From Dendrobates tinctorius (taxonomy: Eukaryota): a DNA stretch of 64,000 nucleotides. Position 1 is the stretch's first letter. The number at the start of each line of letters is the position of its first letter. A program made the translations under genes and the position numbers. The notes under the pieces are model-generated. The model was not told the DNA's origin. It did not search any database and saw nothing but the letters and a program-made list of their open reading frames with translations. Of the stretch, positions 48,215-59,461 are shown one piece after another. The stretch lies in NCBI RefSeq assembly GCF_039654945.1, contig NW_027361759.1, forward strand, positions 3,224,001 to 3,288,000, in the 5' to 3' direction.

Positions 48215-50490
48215 TTTGGTCTTACCAACGCCCCCGCCATATTTCAGAATGTCATCAACTTGGTATTCTCGGATCTCATTGGTCGTTTTGTCGTTATCTA
48301 CTTAGATGATATTTTGATATACTCCGAAAAGCATTCTCATTTGGAACATGTATGAACTGTTCTCCAAAGACTGAGAGAAAATCATCTGTATGCCAAATTG
48401 GAGAAATGTGTATTCTGTGTGCAAGAATTGTCTTTTTTGGGATTAATTGTATCCGGTGAGGGTTTTCGCATGGACCCCAAGAAGGTGCAGGCCATTGCGG
48501 ATTGGGTGCAACCCCGAGATCTTAAGGGTCTTCAGCGCTTCTTGGGGTTCGCCAATTATTACCGCAAATTTATCCGGGGGTTTTCGCAAATGGTCAAACC
48601 TCTCACGGATCTAACATGCAAAGGTGCGGATGTGAGAAATTGGTCCTCACTCGCAAAAGAGGCCTTTGCGACGCTGAAAAAATGTTTTATGTCTGCTCCT
48701 GTGTTGGTACAGCCAGATCCGTCCAAACCATTTGTAGTGGAGGTGGATGCCTCCGAGGTGGGGGTGGGGGCAGTGTTGTCCCAAGGGCCTGCCACTCTAA
48801 CCAAACTCAGGCCATGTGCCTTCTTTTCTTGTGGTCAAGTTGACGTTTGAGGAATGGAGGCACTTTTTGGAGGGGGCCAGTCACCCGGTTACTGTGATCA
48901 CTGATCACAAAAATTTGTCTTACATTGGGTCTGCTAAAAGATTAACGCCCAGACAGGCCCGTTGGTCACTTTTTTTTTCTCGTTTTCAGTTTACTATTAC
49001 ATTCTGTCCAGGGTCAAAGAATGTCAAGGCTGACGCCTTATCTCATAGTTTTCACCCTGTATCTGTCCCTGAACCACCATCCTCCATTCTGCATCCTGGG
49101 GTGGTGTTAGCAGGGATCTCGTCTGAATTGGAACGGGAAATTGAGGGGGCCCAGTCGCTGGCTCCTGCGGCCAAGCCAGGGGGCAAGTTGTTTGTCCCAG
49201 AGCAACTTCGCCTTAAACTCTTGCAAGAGTTCCACGAATCCAAGTTGTGTGCTCACCCTGGTATATCAGCCACGCGACTGGCGGTGGGTAGGATCTTCTG
49301 GTGGCCTACTCTGGGTTCTGATATAAAGAAATTCATTTCTGGTTGTGGGGTCTGCACTCGTTCTAAAAGCTCCCATAGCCTGCCGGCGGGGGAGCTGATG
49401 CCCTTGGAAGTTCCCGAAAGACCGTGGACCCATCTGCCCATGGATTTTATTACCAATCTTCCCTTTTCCAGGGGTAATACGATGGTATGGGTAGTGGTGG
49501 ACAGATTTTCAAAGCAGGCTCATTTTGTACCCCTGTCCGCATTACCTTCAGCTGAGACCTTATCCAGATTGTGCAGCATGTGGTCCGCTTGCATGGGGTA
49601 CCCCTGAATGTGGTGTCTGATTGTGGTGTGCAGTTTGTGGCTAAGTTTTGGCGTGCTTTCTGCAAAAAAATAGGGATATCTCTGTCCTTTTCGTCTGCAT
49701 ACCATCCTGAGAGTAATGGTCAGACGGAACGCACTAATCAGTCTCTGGAACAGATCCTCAGATGTCTGACTTCTGCTAGACAGAATGATTGGTGTGATAT
49801 ACTGCCGTTGTCTGAATTTGCCTTCAATAGTCGGGTGAGTCAATCCACTGGTATGTCCCCTTTCTTGATCAACTATGGGTTCAGTCCTCATTTTGGTGAG
49901 TTTTCTCGTCTGGATTCGGGGTGTCCTGGGGCTGAGGACTCTGTTCAGTGGTTAAAAGATACATGGTCAGAAGTCCAGCGGCGTATATCTAGGTCTCAAG
50001 GCAGGTATAAGTTTTTCACGGACTGGAAACGAACACCTGGTCCCATGTTTCAGGTTGGAGAGAAAGTTTGGCTCTCCACGCGAACATTAAGTTAAAGATT
50101 CCGTCAGCCAAGTTGGGCCCCAAATTCATTGGCCCGTACAAGATTGTAGAAAAAATCAACCCAGTAGCATACAGGCTGTGCCTTCCACCCTCTTTCAAGA
50201 TCCCTAACATCTTCCATAGATCTCTACTGAAGCCGTTTGAAGCAGTCCGGGGAGAATCAGAGTCCGCTGCTCCTCCGGTTTCGGTTGAGGGACATGTGGA
50301 ATATGAGATTGGTCACATCATAGATTCTAGGTTGGTACGGCGGTCAGTACAGTACCTAGTTCATTGGAAGGGGTATGGGCCGGAGGACAGGTCCTGGGTG
50401 CCAGCCCGGTTGCTGCATGCGGATCGTCTGGTTCGGGCTTTCCATGCTAGATACCCGGGCAAGCCTGGGGGTCCAGAGGCCCCCCGTTGA
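48215..50490 (+). pseudogene. Gypsy C pol, 3' part (RT, RNase H, integrase, chromodomain)
   Basis: FGLTNAP, YLDD, VDASEVGVGAVLSQ, HHCC, PESNGQTERTNQ, GPKFIGPY, YLVHWKGYGPEDRSW; multiple frameshifts. Confidence 0.95.
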
Positions 50491-51474
50491 GAGGGGGGTA
50501 CTGTCATGATACCAGTGCTGGGTGACCGGTACTTCTGGGGTTAATGTTCTGATCTCAGTGCAGACTCTCACCTGCACACGTGGGACCTATTATGGTGGCC
50601 TCTCATTGGTTCTGGGGAGGCTTCTTATAGCCGCAGGAAGCTTCCATCCCCGTCTTTTATACTTTCGCCCTTGGCATTGTGTGGTGACCCCTGAGTGTGT
50701 TAGTGCTGTGTTCTGGTTGCATGATTCTCTGTGTATGACTTGGTCTGTTCTCTGGATATTGCTTTGGATTCTGCTTTGTACCTTCTACGTCTGTTTGGTT
50801 TTGATCTCTGCTTGGCCCTGACTATCCGTTCTGTCTCATCCCTGGTACTTTACTGATATCTTGTGCATGACCTTTGGCTTTGTCTGACCTCCCGTCTGTT
50901 TATCCCTCCTGTACCTCGCTTGCCTGTATTGTGCATGACATCCGCTTTGCCCGACTGAGTTTTCTACCTTCTCTGAAAGCAGGACGCTAAGCCCCGCCCC
51001 CTTGCAGTCACATGACCGTAGGTCCTGTGTCAGCTTGCTAAACTTCTACTTTCAGGTCCTGTGCATCTTTATTTTCCAGCTGTTCTTGTCCCCAGGGGTC
51101 CCTACGGTGTGGGTGAGTCCCTGCTTAGTGGAGGCTGTACGCCGGCGCTGTGAGGACCATGACAATCATATAAAAAAAATGTACAAGTTGAAATCACTCA
51201 CCAATATGTTAAAATAAATAGTATAATTCAAAACCTCAACTTGTTCGACAAAAACAAGCCCTCAGGCTATTTTGATGACGGAATAAAAAAAGGTTAAGGC
51301 TGTTGGAAGAAAGGGAAAGCACAAAAACGAAAAACTGACTGGTTCTTAAGAGGTAAAATAAAGTTATTGTGTTAAATGTATTTTTATTTTTTATAAATAC
51401 TGACAATTTTTGTTCCATTATACCAAGATCTGTATTTAAAAAGATGGCAATTTTGACATTGGTCATTGAGGCTA

Positions 51475-53080
51475 CAGTGGGGAAAAAAAGTATTTAGTCA
51501 GTCAGCAATAGTGCAAGTTCCACCACTTAAAAAGATGAGAGGCGTCTGTAATTTACATCATAGGTAGACCTCAACTATGGGAGACAAACTGAGAAAAAAA
51601 AATCCAGAAAATCACATTGTCTGTTTTTTTTTTATTTTATTTGCATATTATGGTGGAAAATAAGTATTTGGTCAGAAACAAGCAATCAAGATTTCTGGCT
51701 CTCACAGACCTGTAACTTCTTCTTTAAGAGTCTCCTCTTTCCTCCACTCATTACCTGTAGTAATGGCACCTGTTTAAACTTGTTATCAGTATATAAAGAC
51801 ACCTGTGCACACCCTCAAACAGTCTGACTCCAAACTCCACTATGGTGAAGACCAAAGAGCTGTCAAAGGACACCAGAAACAAAATTGTAGCCCTGCACCA
51901 GGCTAGGAAGACTGAATCTGCAATAGCCAACCAGCTTGGAGTGAAGAAATCAACTGTGGGAGCAATAATTAGAAAATGGAAGACATACAAGACCACTGAT
52001 AATCTCCCTCGATCTGGTGCTCCACGCAAAATCCCACCCCGTGGGGTCAGAATGATCACAAGAACGGTGAGCAAAAATCCGAGAACCACGCGGGGGGACC
52101 TAGTGAATGAACTGCAGAGAGCTGGGACCAATGTAACAAGGCCTACCATAAGTAACACACTACGCCACCATGGACTCAGATCCTGCAGTGCCAGACGTGT
52201 CCCACTGCTTAAGCCTGTACATGTCCGGGCCCGTCTGAAGTTTGCTAGAGAGCATTTGGATGATCCAGAGGAGTTTTGGGAGAATGTCCTATGGTCTGAT
52301 GAAACCAAACTGGAACTGTTTGGTAGAAACACAACTTGTCGTGTTTGGAGGAAAAAGAATACTGAGTTGCATCCATCAAACACCATACCTACTGTAAAGC
52401 ATGGTGGTGGAAACATCATGCTTTGGGGCTGTTTCTCTGCAAAGGGGCCAAGACGACTGATCCGGGTACATGAAAGAATGAATGGGGCCATGTATCGTGA
52501 GATTTTGAGTGCAAACCTCCTTCCATCAGCAAGGGCATTGAAGATGAAACGTGGCTGGGTCTTTCAACATGACAATGATCCAAAGCACACCGCCAGGGCA
52601 ACGAAGGAGTGGCTTCGTAAGAAGCATTTCAAGGTCCTGGAGTGGCCTAGCCAGTCTCCAGATCTCAACCCTATAGAAAACCTTTGGAGGGAGTTGAAAG
52701 TCCGTGTTGCCAAGCGAAAAGCCAAAAACATCACTGCTCTAGAGGAGATCTGCATGGAGGAATGGGCCAACATACCAACAACAGTGTGTGGCAACCTTGT
52801 GAAGACTTACAGAAAACGTTTGACCTCTGTCATTGCCAACAAAGGATATATCACAAAGTATTGAGATGAAATTTTGTTTCTGACCAAATACTTATTTTCC
52901 ACCATAATATGCAAATAAAATGAAAAAAAAACAGACAATGTGATTTTCTGGATTTTTTTTTTCTCAGTTTGTCTCCCATAGTTGAGGTCTACCTATGATG
53001 TAAATTACAGACGCCTCTCATCTTTTTAAGTGGTGGAACTTGCACTATTGCTGACTGACTAAATACTTTTTTCCCCACTG
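51475..53080 (+). mobile_element. Full-length Tc1 (DD34E) transposon, copy 2
   Basis: Same TIRs and TA TSD as copy 1. Confidence 0.97.
51842..52864 (+). CDS. Tc1 transposase, 340 aa, DD34E
   Basis: Intact; differs from copy 1 at 5 residues. Confidence 0.96.
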   Translation: MVKTKELSKDTRNKIVALHQARKTESAIANQLGVKKSTVGAIIRKWKTYKTTDNLPRSGAPRKIPPRGVRMITRTVSKNPRTTRGDLVNELQRAGTNVTRPTISNTLRHHGLRSCSARRVPLLKPVHVRARLKFAREHLDDPEEFWENVLWSDETKLELFGRNTTCRVWRKKNTELHPSNTIPTVKHGGGNIMLWGCFSAKGPRRLIRVHERMNGAMYREILSANLLPSARALKMKRGWVFQHDNDPKHTARATKEWLRKKHFKVLEWPSQSPDLNPIENLWRELKVRVAKRKAKNITALEEICMEEWANIPTTVCGNLVKTYRKRLTSVIANKGYITKY

Positions 53081-53753
53081 TATTTTAGACTTGTATCTCC
53101 TGATATTCACATATGAACTTTCAGATATCTCACTATCATCACCGGTAGGATTACATGACTGGTAATGCCTCTATACACTGCTGATAACACCGGATCCACC
53201 ATTGATAATAGGTGATGTCACAGTTGTCGCTGATCCTCCTGCCTTCAAAATGGCATTTCAACATTCTGAATAAATGCTTCAATACTAAAGATAGGGTCTG
53301 AGTCAGCCTATTGTAGCCAATGTATATAAAGATTTCCTGAAAGAATAAAACGTATGTCTCTAAAATAGCCCCAGGAAAAAAAAAAAATACATTTAACACG
53401 AAAACCTGATTTAAACAAATGGTCTGTTTCTGATGACACCTTCCCTTTAAGGCAGGAAAGACTCTGACACTAGTGCTACTCAATGGGAACCTTATTATCT
53501 TTTCCTTAGTAGGGGAGCAAGAGTCGAAGACTCCAGCTCCCATCCATCTTGCAATACCATCAGGGACGCTTCAGATTAGCTCCAAATTTAATCTGCAACA
53601 GGACAACATCCCCAAGCATACAGACAACGTCATTATTTATCAGTAGGATCAACCGTCTTAAGCTATTTAAATAGGCATGTAGATCATAGGAAGCTGAATA
53701 AAATGATATCTGTGATGCAATGTCTTATTCCAGAGAGATCCACCTTTTTCTTA

Positions 53754-54187
53754 GGCTAGTTTCACACTAGCGTTACCGGGCGCAGTGCACGGCCGCCACT
53801 AAGCTCCGCCCCGGGCCACGCCCCCTCCGGTCAGCTCCTCCTCTGATCGCATGACGTTGCATGCGATCAGCGTACCCTATATTTAGTGTTGGGTACGCTG
53901 GTCGTGAGCTGGTACACTTGCCGGAGCTTGCGCCCTTTTGGCGCTGCGCCGAGCGCACAAAAACGCACTGTGTTGCATTTGTGTGCGCTCAGCGCATCGC
54001 CAAAAGGGCGGATGCGCCAGCAAAACTGCTAGCGCACGACCAGCGTACCCAACGCTAAATATAGGGTACGCTGATCGCATGCAGCGTCATGCGATCAGAG
54101 GAGGAGCTGACCGGAGGGGGCGCGGCCGGGGGCGTAGCTTAGCAGCTGCCGTGCGCTGCGCCCAATAACGCTAGTGTGAAACTAGCC
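53754..54187. mobile_element. GC-rich fold-back Harbinger-type MITE (434 bp)
   Basis: GGCTAGTTTCACACTAGCGTTA / TAACGCTAGTGTGAAACTAGCC termini; TTA TSD. Confidence 0.9.
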
Positions 54188-54684
54188 TTATATATAAATT
54201 AGCTTTCCAGACTGTGAGGCGGATACTGATCTGCATGAGAATCTGCATCCAGAGCTTATATTAAATGACGGGAGGCGTTGCCAGTGTGAGTCATGTAACT
54301 AACACAGATCAGTAGGATTGAACTTTGTTTCATTACAAACATGTTAACAGCTGCATCTCAGATAGCTCAACACTACTGCAACCCTGTCTGCCTGTGAAAT
54401 GGAAACTGAGCGGAACCTGCAGATGTGTCAAGTATAATTACGCACAGCTCTGCAGTGAGATCAGGAGAGCAGACAACGGCCATTATACATCTCACCGGTA
54501 ACTTCCCCTTCATTTAAAATAAGCTCTAGAGGCAGATTCTCACCCAGATCAATCTCCGGGCCATAACCCTAAACAACCCTGTATAATAAAAATGTGGATC
54601 TCTCTATAATAAGACATTGGATCGCATATATAAGAGTAACATTTTATTCAGGGTGCTATGACATAAATGACAGATTCCCTTTAA

Positions 54685-55066
54685 AGCAAACTGTCATCAG
54701 GTTTGGCCGATACGAGTTACGTCCACGTCTAATGCTGTAGATAAGCCCCCAATCCGACCTGAAAGAGAAAAAAAAAAGTTTTATTATACTCACCCGGGTG
54801 GGGTGGGGCGGTCCTGTCCGATGGTTGTTGCAGGTCCTGGTCCGGCGCCTCCCATCTTTTTGCGATGCCGCCCTCCTGTTTGCTTCATGGCTCCCCGGCA
54901 TCGCACTCCTGCACAAGCGTACTTATCTGCCCTGTTAAGAGCAGAGGAAAGTACTGTAGTATCCTGGCGCTGGGAAAGTTCAGAGAGGCCCAGCGCCTGC
55001 GCACTGCAGTACTTTGCTGTGCCCTCAACAGGGCAGATAAGTACTGTACGCCTGCGCAGGTTCCCT
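54685..55066. mobile_element. Kolobok/T2-type MITE
   Basis: TTAA|AG.AAACTG ... CAGGTTCCCTT|TAA ends; interior homologous to 21230-21515 and 62669-62825. Confidence 0.7.
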
Positions 55067-55565
55067 TTAAGCATAAAGTGAGTTCCGGAAGTGATAACAT
55101 GTTCCCTGCAGAGCCCTGATGTCAATAAATCTGAGAAAAAGGAAACTTGGCACTCAGGAAATTGATGAGATGAAGATATTTTTAATAAGGAATCCCAAAA
55201 AGAAAAATGTAAAAATGTTTTGGCCTGTGTTAGACCTTCATCAATGTACTACATGGAAACAGATTTTTTTTTTTTTTTACAATATAGCAAACATCAGCAT
55301 AAATATATAATGTCACCTGATAAATCTTTTGTAAGGTGCCCAGGACTGTGCTGTAGTCATTGTTGAGGGGCTGCATTTCCACGCTCTGGCACCCCACAAA
55401 TCAACGGTGTCCCAGTCCCTTAGTGTCACACTGTGTACAGTGCAATTTACTCACCTTCAGTCCAGAGGCCTCCGCTGCATCCACGTCCTTTGGCCCAGCA
55501 ACAGCCGCACAAAAATCACGGGACACTCACTTCTTATCAAACATTCCAACTTTACTTAACAGTCA

Positions 55566-56483
55566 GGCTGCGTTCACACATTCAGGTTTTTTAGCGTTTT
55601 CGCAGCGGTTTTTACGGCAAAAAAAGCATCCCATGCATTCCTATGGGATTACGCAATGCTGTGTTAATGCTGCGGATTTTCCCGCAGCGGAATCGTATCG
55701 CGGAAAAATCAGCAGCATGCTCATTAATTTGCGGAATCGCGGCGATTCCGCCCACACAGGAATGGATTGTTCTGCTTACTTTCCGCATGTGGCTGTGCCC
55801 ACCATGCGAAAAGTAAGCAGAACATTTGCGGATGGTACCCACGGTCCGGAGGAGAGGAGACTGTCCTTCAGGCTCTGGGTACCATATCCCTGTAAAAAAT
55901 AGAAATAAAATCGGGTTATATTCACCTTCCGACGTCCCGCGCAGCGTCCCCAGTCTTCAGCGATACACGCCGTAGCTCCCGTTCCCAGTAATGCATTGCG
56001 ATGACCTTTGCTGACATCTCGTCTCGCGATGCTATAGCGGTCTCGCGACGTCATCAAAGGTCATTGCCGCAATGCATCACTGGGAACGGGATCGGCCGTA
56101 CCATCGCGGAGGCCTGGGGACGCTGCGCGGTACGTCGGATGGTGAATATAACCCTTTTTTTTTTTTTTTTTTAATTTATTTATTATTTTTAACATTAGAT
56201 CTTTTTACTACCGATGCTGCATAGGCAGCCTCAATAGTAAAAAGTTGGTCACACTCGTCAAACACTATGTTTGACGAGTGTGACCAACCTGTCAATCAGT
56301 TCTCCAAGCGATGATACAGATCGCTCGGAAAACGCTAGTATTCTGCAAGATAAAAACGCTTGCAAAACGCTAGTTTTTCAGCGAGAAAATCGCGGGTATT
56401 TAAAATGCGATTTTCTCGCGGAATGGAATTCCGGAATTCTCGCGGTAACTTCCGCGGGAGTTCCGCAACGTGTGAACTTAGCC
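55566..56483 (-). mobile_element. Harbinger-type MITE family 1 (inverted copy)
   Basis: Reverse complement of 29591-30525; TCA TSD. Confidence 0.88.
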
Positions 56484-56496
56484 TCAGAGTTCAACC

Positions 56497-56907
56497 GTTA
56501 AAGTGTCGACATTGACTTTTAGGATTGCTGCTTCCTATAGGTGTAACTAGGGTTCTAGCCCTCTTCCTCTCTGAAGAGACAATTTGCATATTTCCCAGAG
56601 GAGCATTGTGGCTTTAAGTCTTCTCATCTCGGCATGCTTATCATGTCATTCTCCGCAAGGAGAAATGATACTTCTTGGATATCGGTCAGACGCCTCTCAC
56701 ACAGCCAAACCAGATCTCACACTTTGCACTGACGAGGGGCAGTACCCCGAAACACAGTGTCTGCAAATTGAGATTCTGGTTTGGCTTTTATCTTAAGTCA
56801 TGTAACCAGGCTTGTTAAAGTGTCAACATTGACTTTTAGGATTGCTACTTCCAATAGGTGGCACTAGAGTTCTAGTCCTCTTCCTCTCTGAAGAGACAAT
56901 TTGCATA
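56497..56907 (+). mobile_element. Retrozyme/satellite-2-like tandem repeat, 317-bp unit x 1.3
   Basis: The first ~93 bp recur 317 bp later (octamer at 56582 and 56899); non-coding; contains a complete hammerhead. Confidence 0.85.
56703..56786 (+). ncRNA. Type I hammerhead ribozyme with extended stem I
   Basis: Core CTGACGA (56729-35), stem II GGGG/CCCC, GAAA (56749-52), short stem III, GTC cleavage triplet (after 56761); stem I TTTGCA/TGCAAA extended by ATCTCA/TGAGAT and AGCCAAACCAG/CTGGTTTGGCT. Confidence 0.9.
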
Positions 56908-56939
56908 GTTCATCTGATGTTACAGAACAGTACGATTCC

Positions 56940-57522
56940 GTGCTCTCCGTTAATTTTTAAGCCTGAGCTATCCCTTCGCTTACTGGTTCCTTCAGCCCTC
57001 AGGCTACTCCGTTTGGCTCCACAGTACTCACAAGACCCGACCCATCTCCCTAACATGTTTTCCCGTCCGTCTTCCACTTGTTGGCAGAGAACAAGACACG
57101 CTTCACAGTGCCTAGTTTGGACCGTAGGCTGCGAACATGACAGGAATGTCTGCTGAAGACAGTCACCGACAATCTCATGCTGCCAAAGCAATTCTCACTT
57201 CTCGTGCCCGCCAGCCCTCTGGCTTTAAACTCTTTCCCACATGCTTTATGCTTCTATCAGCCCTCTACATCTGTACTGTTGCACACTTAACATTATGGCT
57301 GGTCCATACAATCAGGGCAATTGTTACCACCCACCTTTCGTGTCTACCTCTTTCCTCATAGACTGTAAGCTTGCGAGCAGGGCCCTCATTCCTCTTGGCA
57401 TCTGTTATGATCTATGTGATTATTGTTATGCTGTAATGTCTATCATCTGTACAAGTCCCCTCTGAAATGTAAAGTGCTGTGGAGTATGTCGGCGCTATAG
57501 AAATAAAATTTATTATTATTAT
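56940..57522 (+). mobile_element. 3' end of an L2/CR1-clade LINE
   Basis: TAGACTGTAAGCT..GAGCAGGG, GTAAAGTGCTG..GGCGCTATAGAAATAAA and an (ATT)n tail. Confidence 0.65.
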
Positions 57523-57630
57523 AGTTAATATAAGTATCACTCATATGGAAAGAGGAAAGGAGATGCTCAACCATTAAAGGTCACACAATAAAGGACGGGC
57601 AGATAACATGAGGCATGCGGGGAGAATAAA

Positions 57631-57674
57631 CGGACGACAGCCGTTTCGCGTACACAGACACTTCAACAGGTCCG
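57631..57674 (-). ncRNA. Minimal variant hammerhead in the PLE pseudo-LTR
   Basis: CGGAC-CTGTTGA-AGTGT..ACGC-GAAA-CGGCTG-TC-GTCCG; core is CTGTTGA rather than CTGANGA. Confidence 0.6.
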
Positions 57675-57881
57675 GGTGTGTAATTACATGATGTCATTTC
57701 CTTAAATAGGTCTATGACTAACAACAAGTGAACATTTAAAATCATGAAAAAACATTTTCAATTAAAAACAAGTAGCATAATTACATCTTCAAGCTGACTG
57801 AGAAACAGATCACAACGAGTTATTTTCTTTTTATCTTTTCAAAAAATCTTTTTACAATAAAGTAAAAATATAAGAAATTCC

Positions 57882-59455
57882 TTACAAAAAGATAGACAAA
57901 TCCAACCTATCATTCAGTCCTATTGGACCCTGCGCGTTTGATTTAATTATCCATCTGGCTTCGTGTCTCATCAAGAGTTTATTATGATTACCACCTTGTG
58001 GTGGAAATTTTACAATTTCTAAACCAGCAAAGCGTAATAATTCAGGGTTGGAATTGTGTTTTTCTGGCATATGTTTTATCAAGCGCAAAGACCCTTTTCC
58101 TGTGCTAATGGAATGATAATGTTCGTGAAATCGTGTTGCAAGTGGTCTAATAGTTTTTCCTATGTAAAAAAATAAACAAGGACAAAACAAAATATATACC
58201 ACAAATTTACTTTTACAAGAAATAAAATCTTTTACCCAATGCTGAACGGGTCCGATTTTTAGAGGATTGGAAGTCATATGTAAATGACAGTAATTACAAT
58301 TACCGCATTTAAAATTCCCCTTTGGTGAATTTTTTTGTAACCAGTTTTTGTCAAGAGGGAGCAAACGATTGTGTACTAAAAGATCAGCTATGTTATGAGT
58401 GCGTTTATATGCAAATTGCGGAGCCATAGCACTAATTTCCTGCAAATCTTTATCGGAGCGCAAAACATGCCAATTTTTTCTGATGGCTGTGTGTTTAATC
58501 CTATCGGTGGAACTATGTTTGAAGCTAAAGAAAAATCTCTTGTGAATTTATTTCATAATTCATTTGTTTTTTTATGGCGTTTGGTGACGCTTTTTAATAA
58601 ATCACTTTGTGAAATGGTTTTGACTCGTTCGTTAGCTTCATTTAAAACACCAATAGGATAACCTCTCCTCAACAAACGTATTTTTAATTCCTCAATTTGT
58701 TTATTACATATGTCATCGTTATTGTTCAGTTTCCTTAATCTAACCATCTGGCTAAAGGGAAGCCCTTTTTTAGTTGTGCATGGGGTGTGCACTGTTGAAA
58801 TGTAGGAGTGAATTAGTCGCGGTTGGTTTTCTATGTACCCTGATGATCATATTACCATCTACAATATCGATTTTTATATCCAAAAATTCTGTTTTTCTGC
58901 CCGAAGCAAGAAGTAAATCGCATATTTTCCACATTCATTTCGTTTAGATATTGAACAAAGTTGTTACAATCATTCTGAGAACCGTCCCATATGATGAAAA
59001 TATCATCCACGAATCTCAGAAAGATGCGGATGTGCTTTAAGAAGGGATTGGATATATTTGTAATATATTTTTATTCAAACGTTGCTAGAAACAAATTAGC
59101 AAAAACACATGCTACGGGCGTTCCCATAGCAGTACCAATTTTCTGAAGATACCATTGGTTCAAAAATTTAAACATGAGATAGTACAAAATCCAATCCGTC
59201 CAAATTGAAAGCAATCCAATCAAGACTCTTATCAGAATTCATCAAAATTTTATGGATTGCCTCAATAGCATTTTTTTGAGGAATCCGTGTATAAAGATTC
59301 ACTACATCGATTGTGGTTAAAGAAAAACTTGACTGCCAATCGAAGTTTTTTAAAATAGAGATAAAATCACCTGAATCTTTTACATAAGAAGGAATCTGGG
59401 AAAGTAATGGTTTGAGAAGCCAGTCTAAATATTGTGATAACGGTTCTGTCAATGA
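57882..59455 (-). pseudogene. PLE RT and GIY-YIG endonuclease, left arm, disrupted
   Basis: ORF fragments 59168-59455, 58553-58792 and 57882-58463. Confidence 0.9.
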
Positions 59456-59461
59456 ATTAAT

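Larger units (their letters stand above)
40160..51164 (+). mobile_element. Full-length Tf1/sushi-type chromoviral Gypsy element 'C', interrupted by LINE-1
   Basis: LTRs 40160-40803 and 50502-51164 (TGTCATG...TGACA), PPT GAGAGGGGGG, order gag-PR-RT-RH-IN-chromodomain. Confidence 0.96.

Noticed and set aside
57544-57580. 36-nt gap in the left PLE arm as a spliced intron
   Set aside because: The missing segment (ATAAAG...GTGCC) lacks GT-AG ends; treated as a deletion or template jump.
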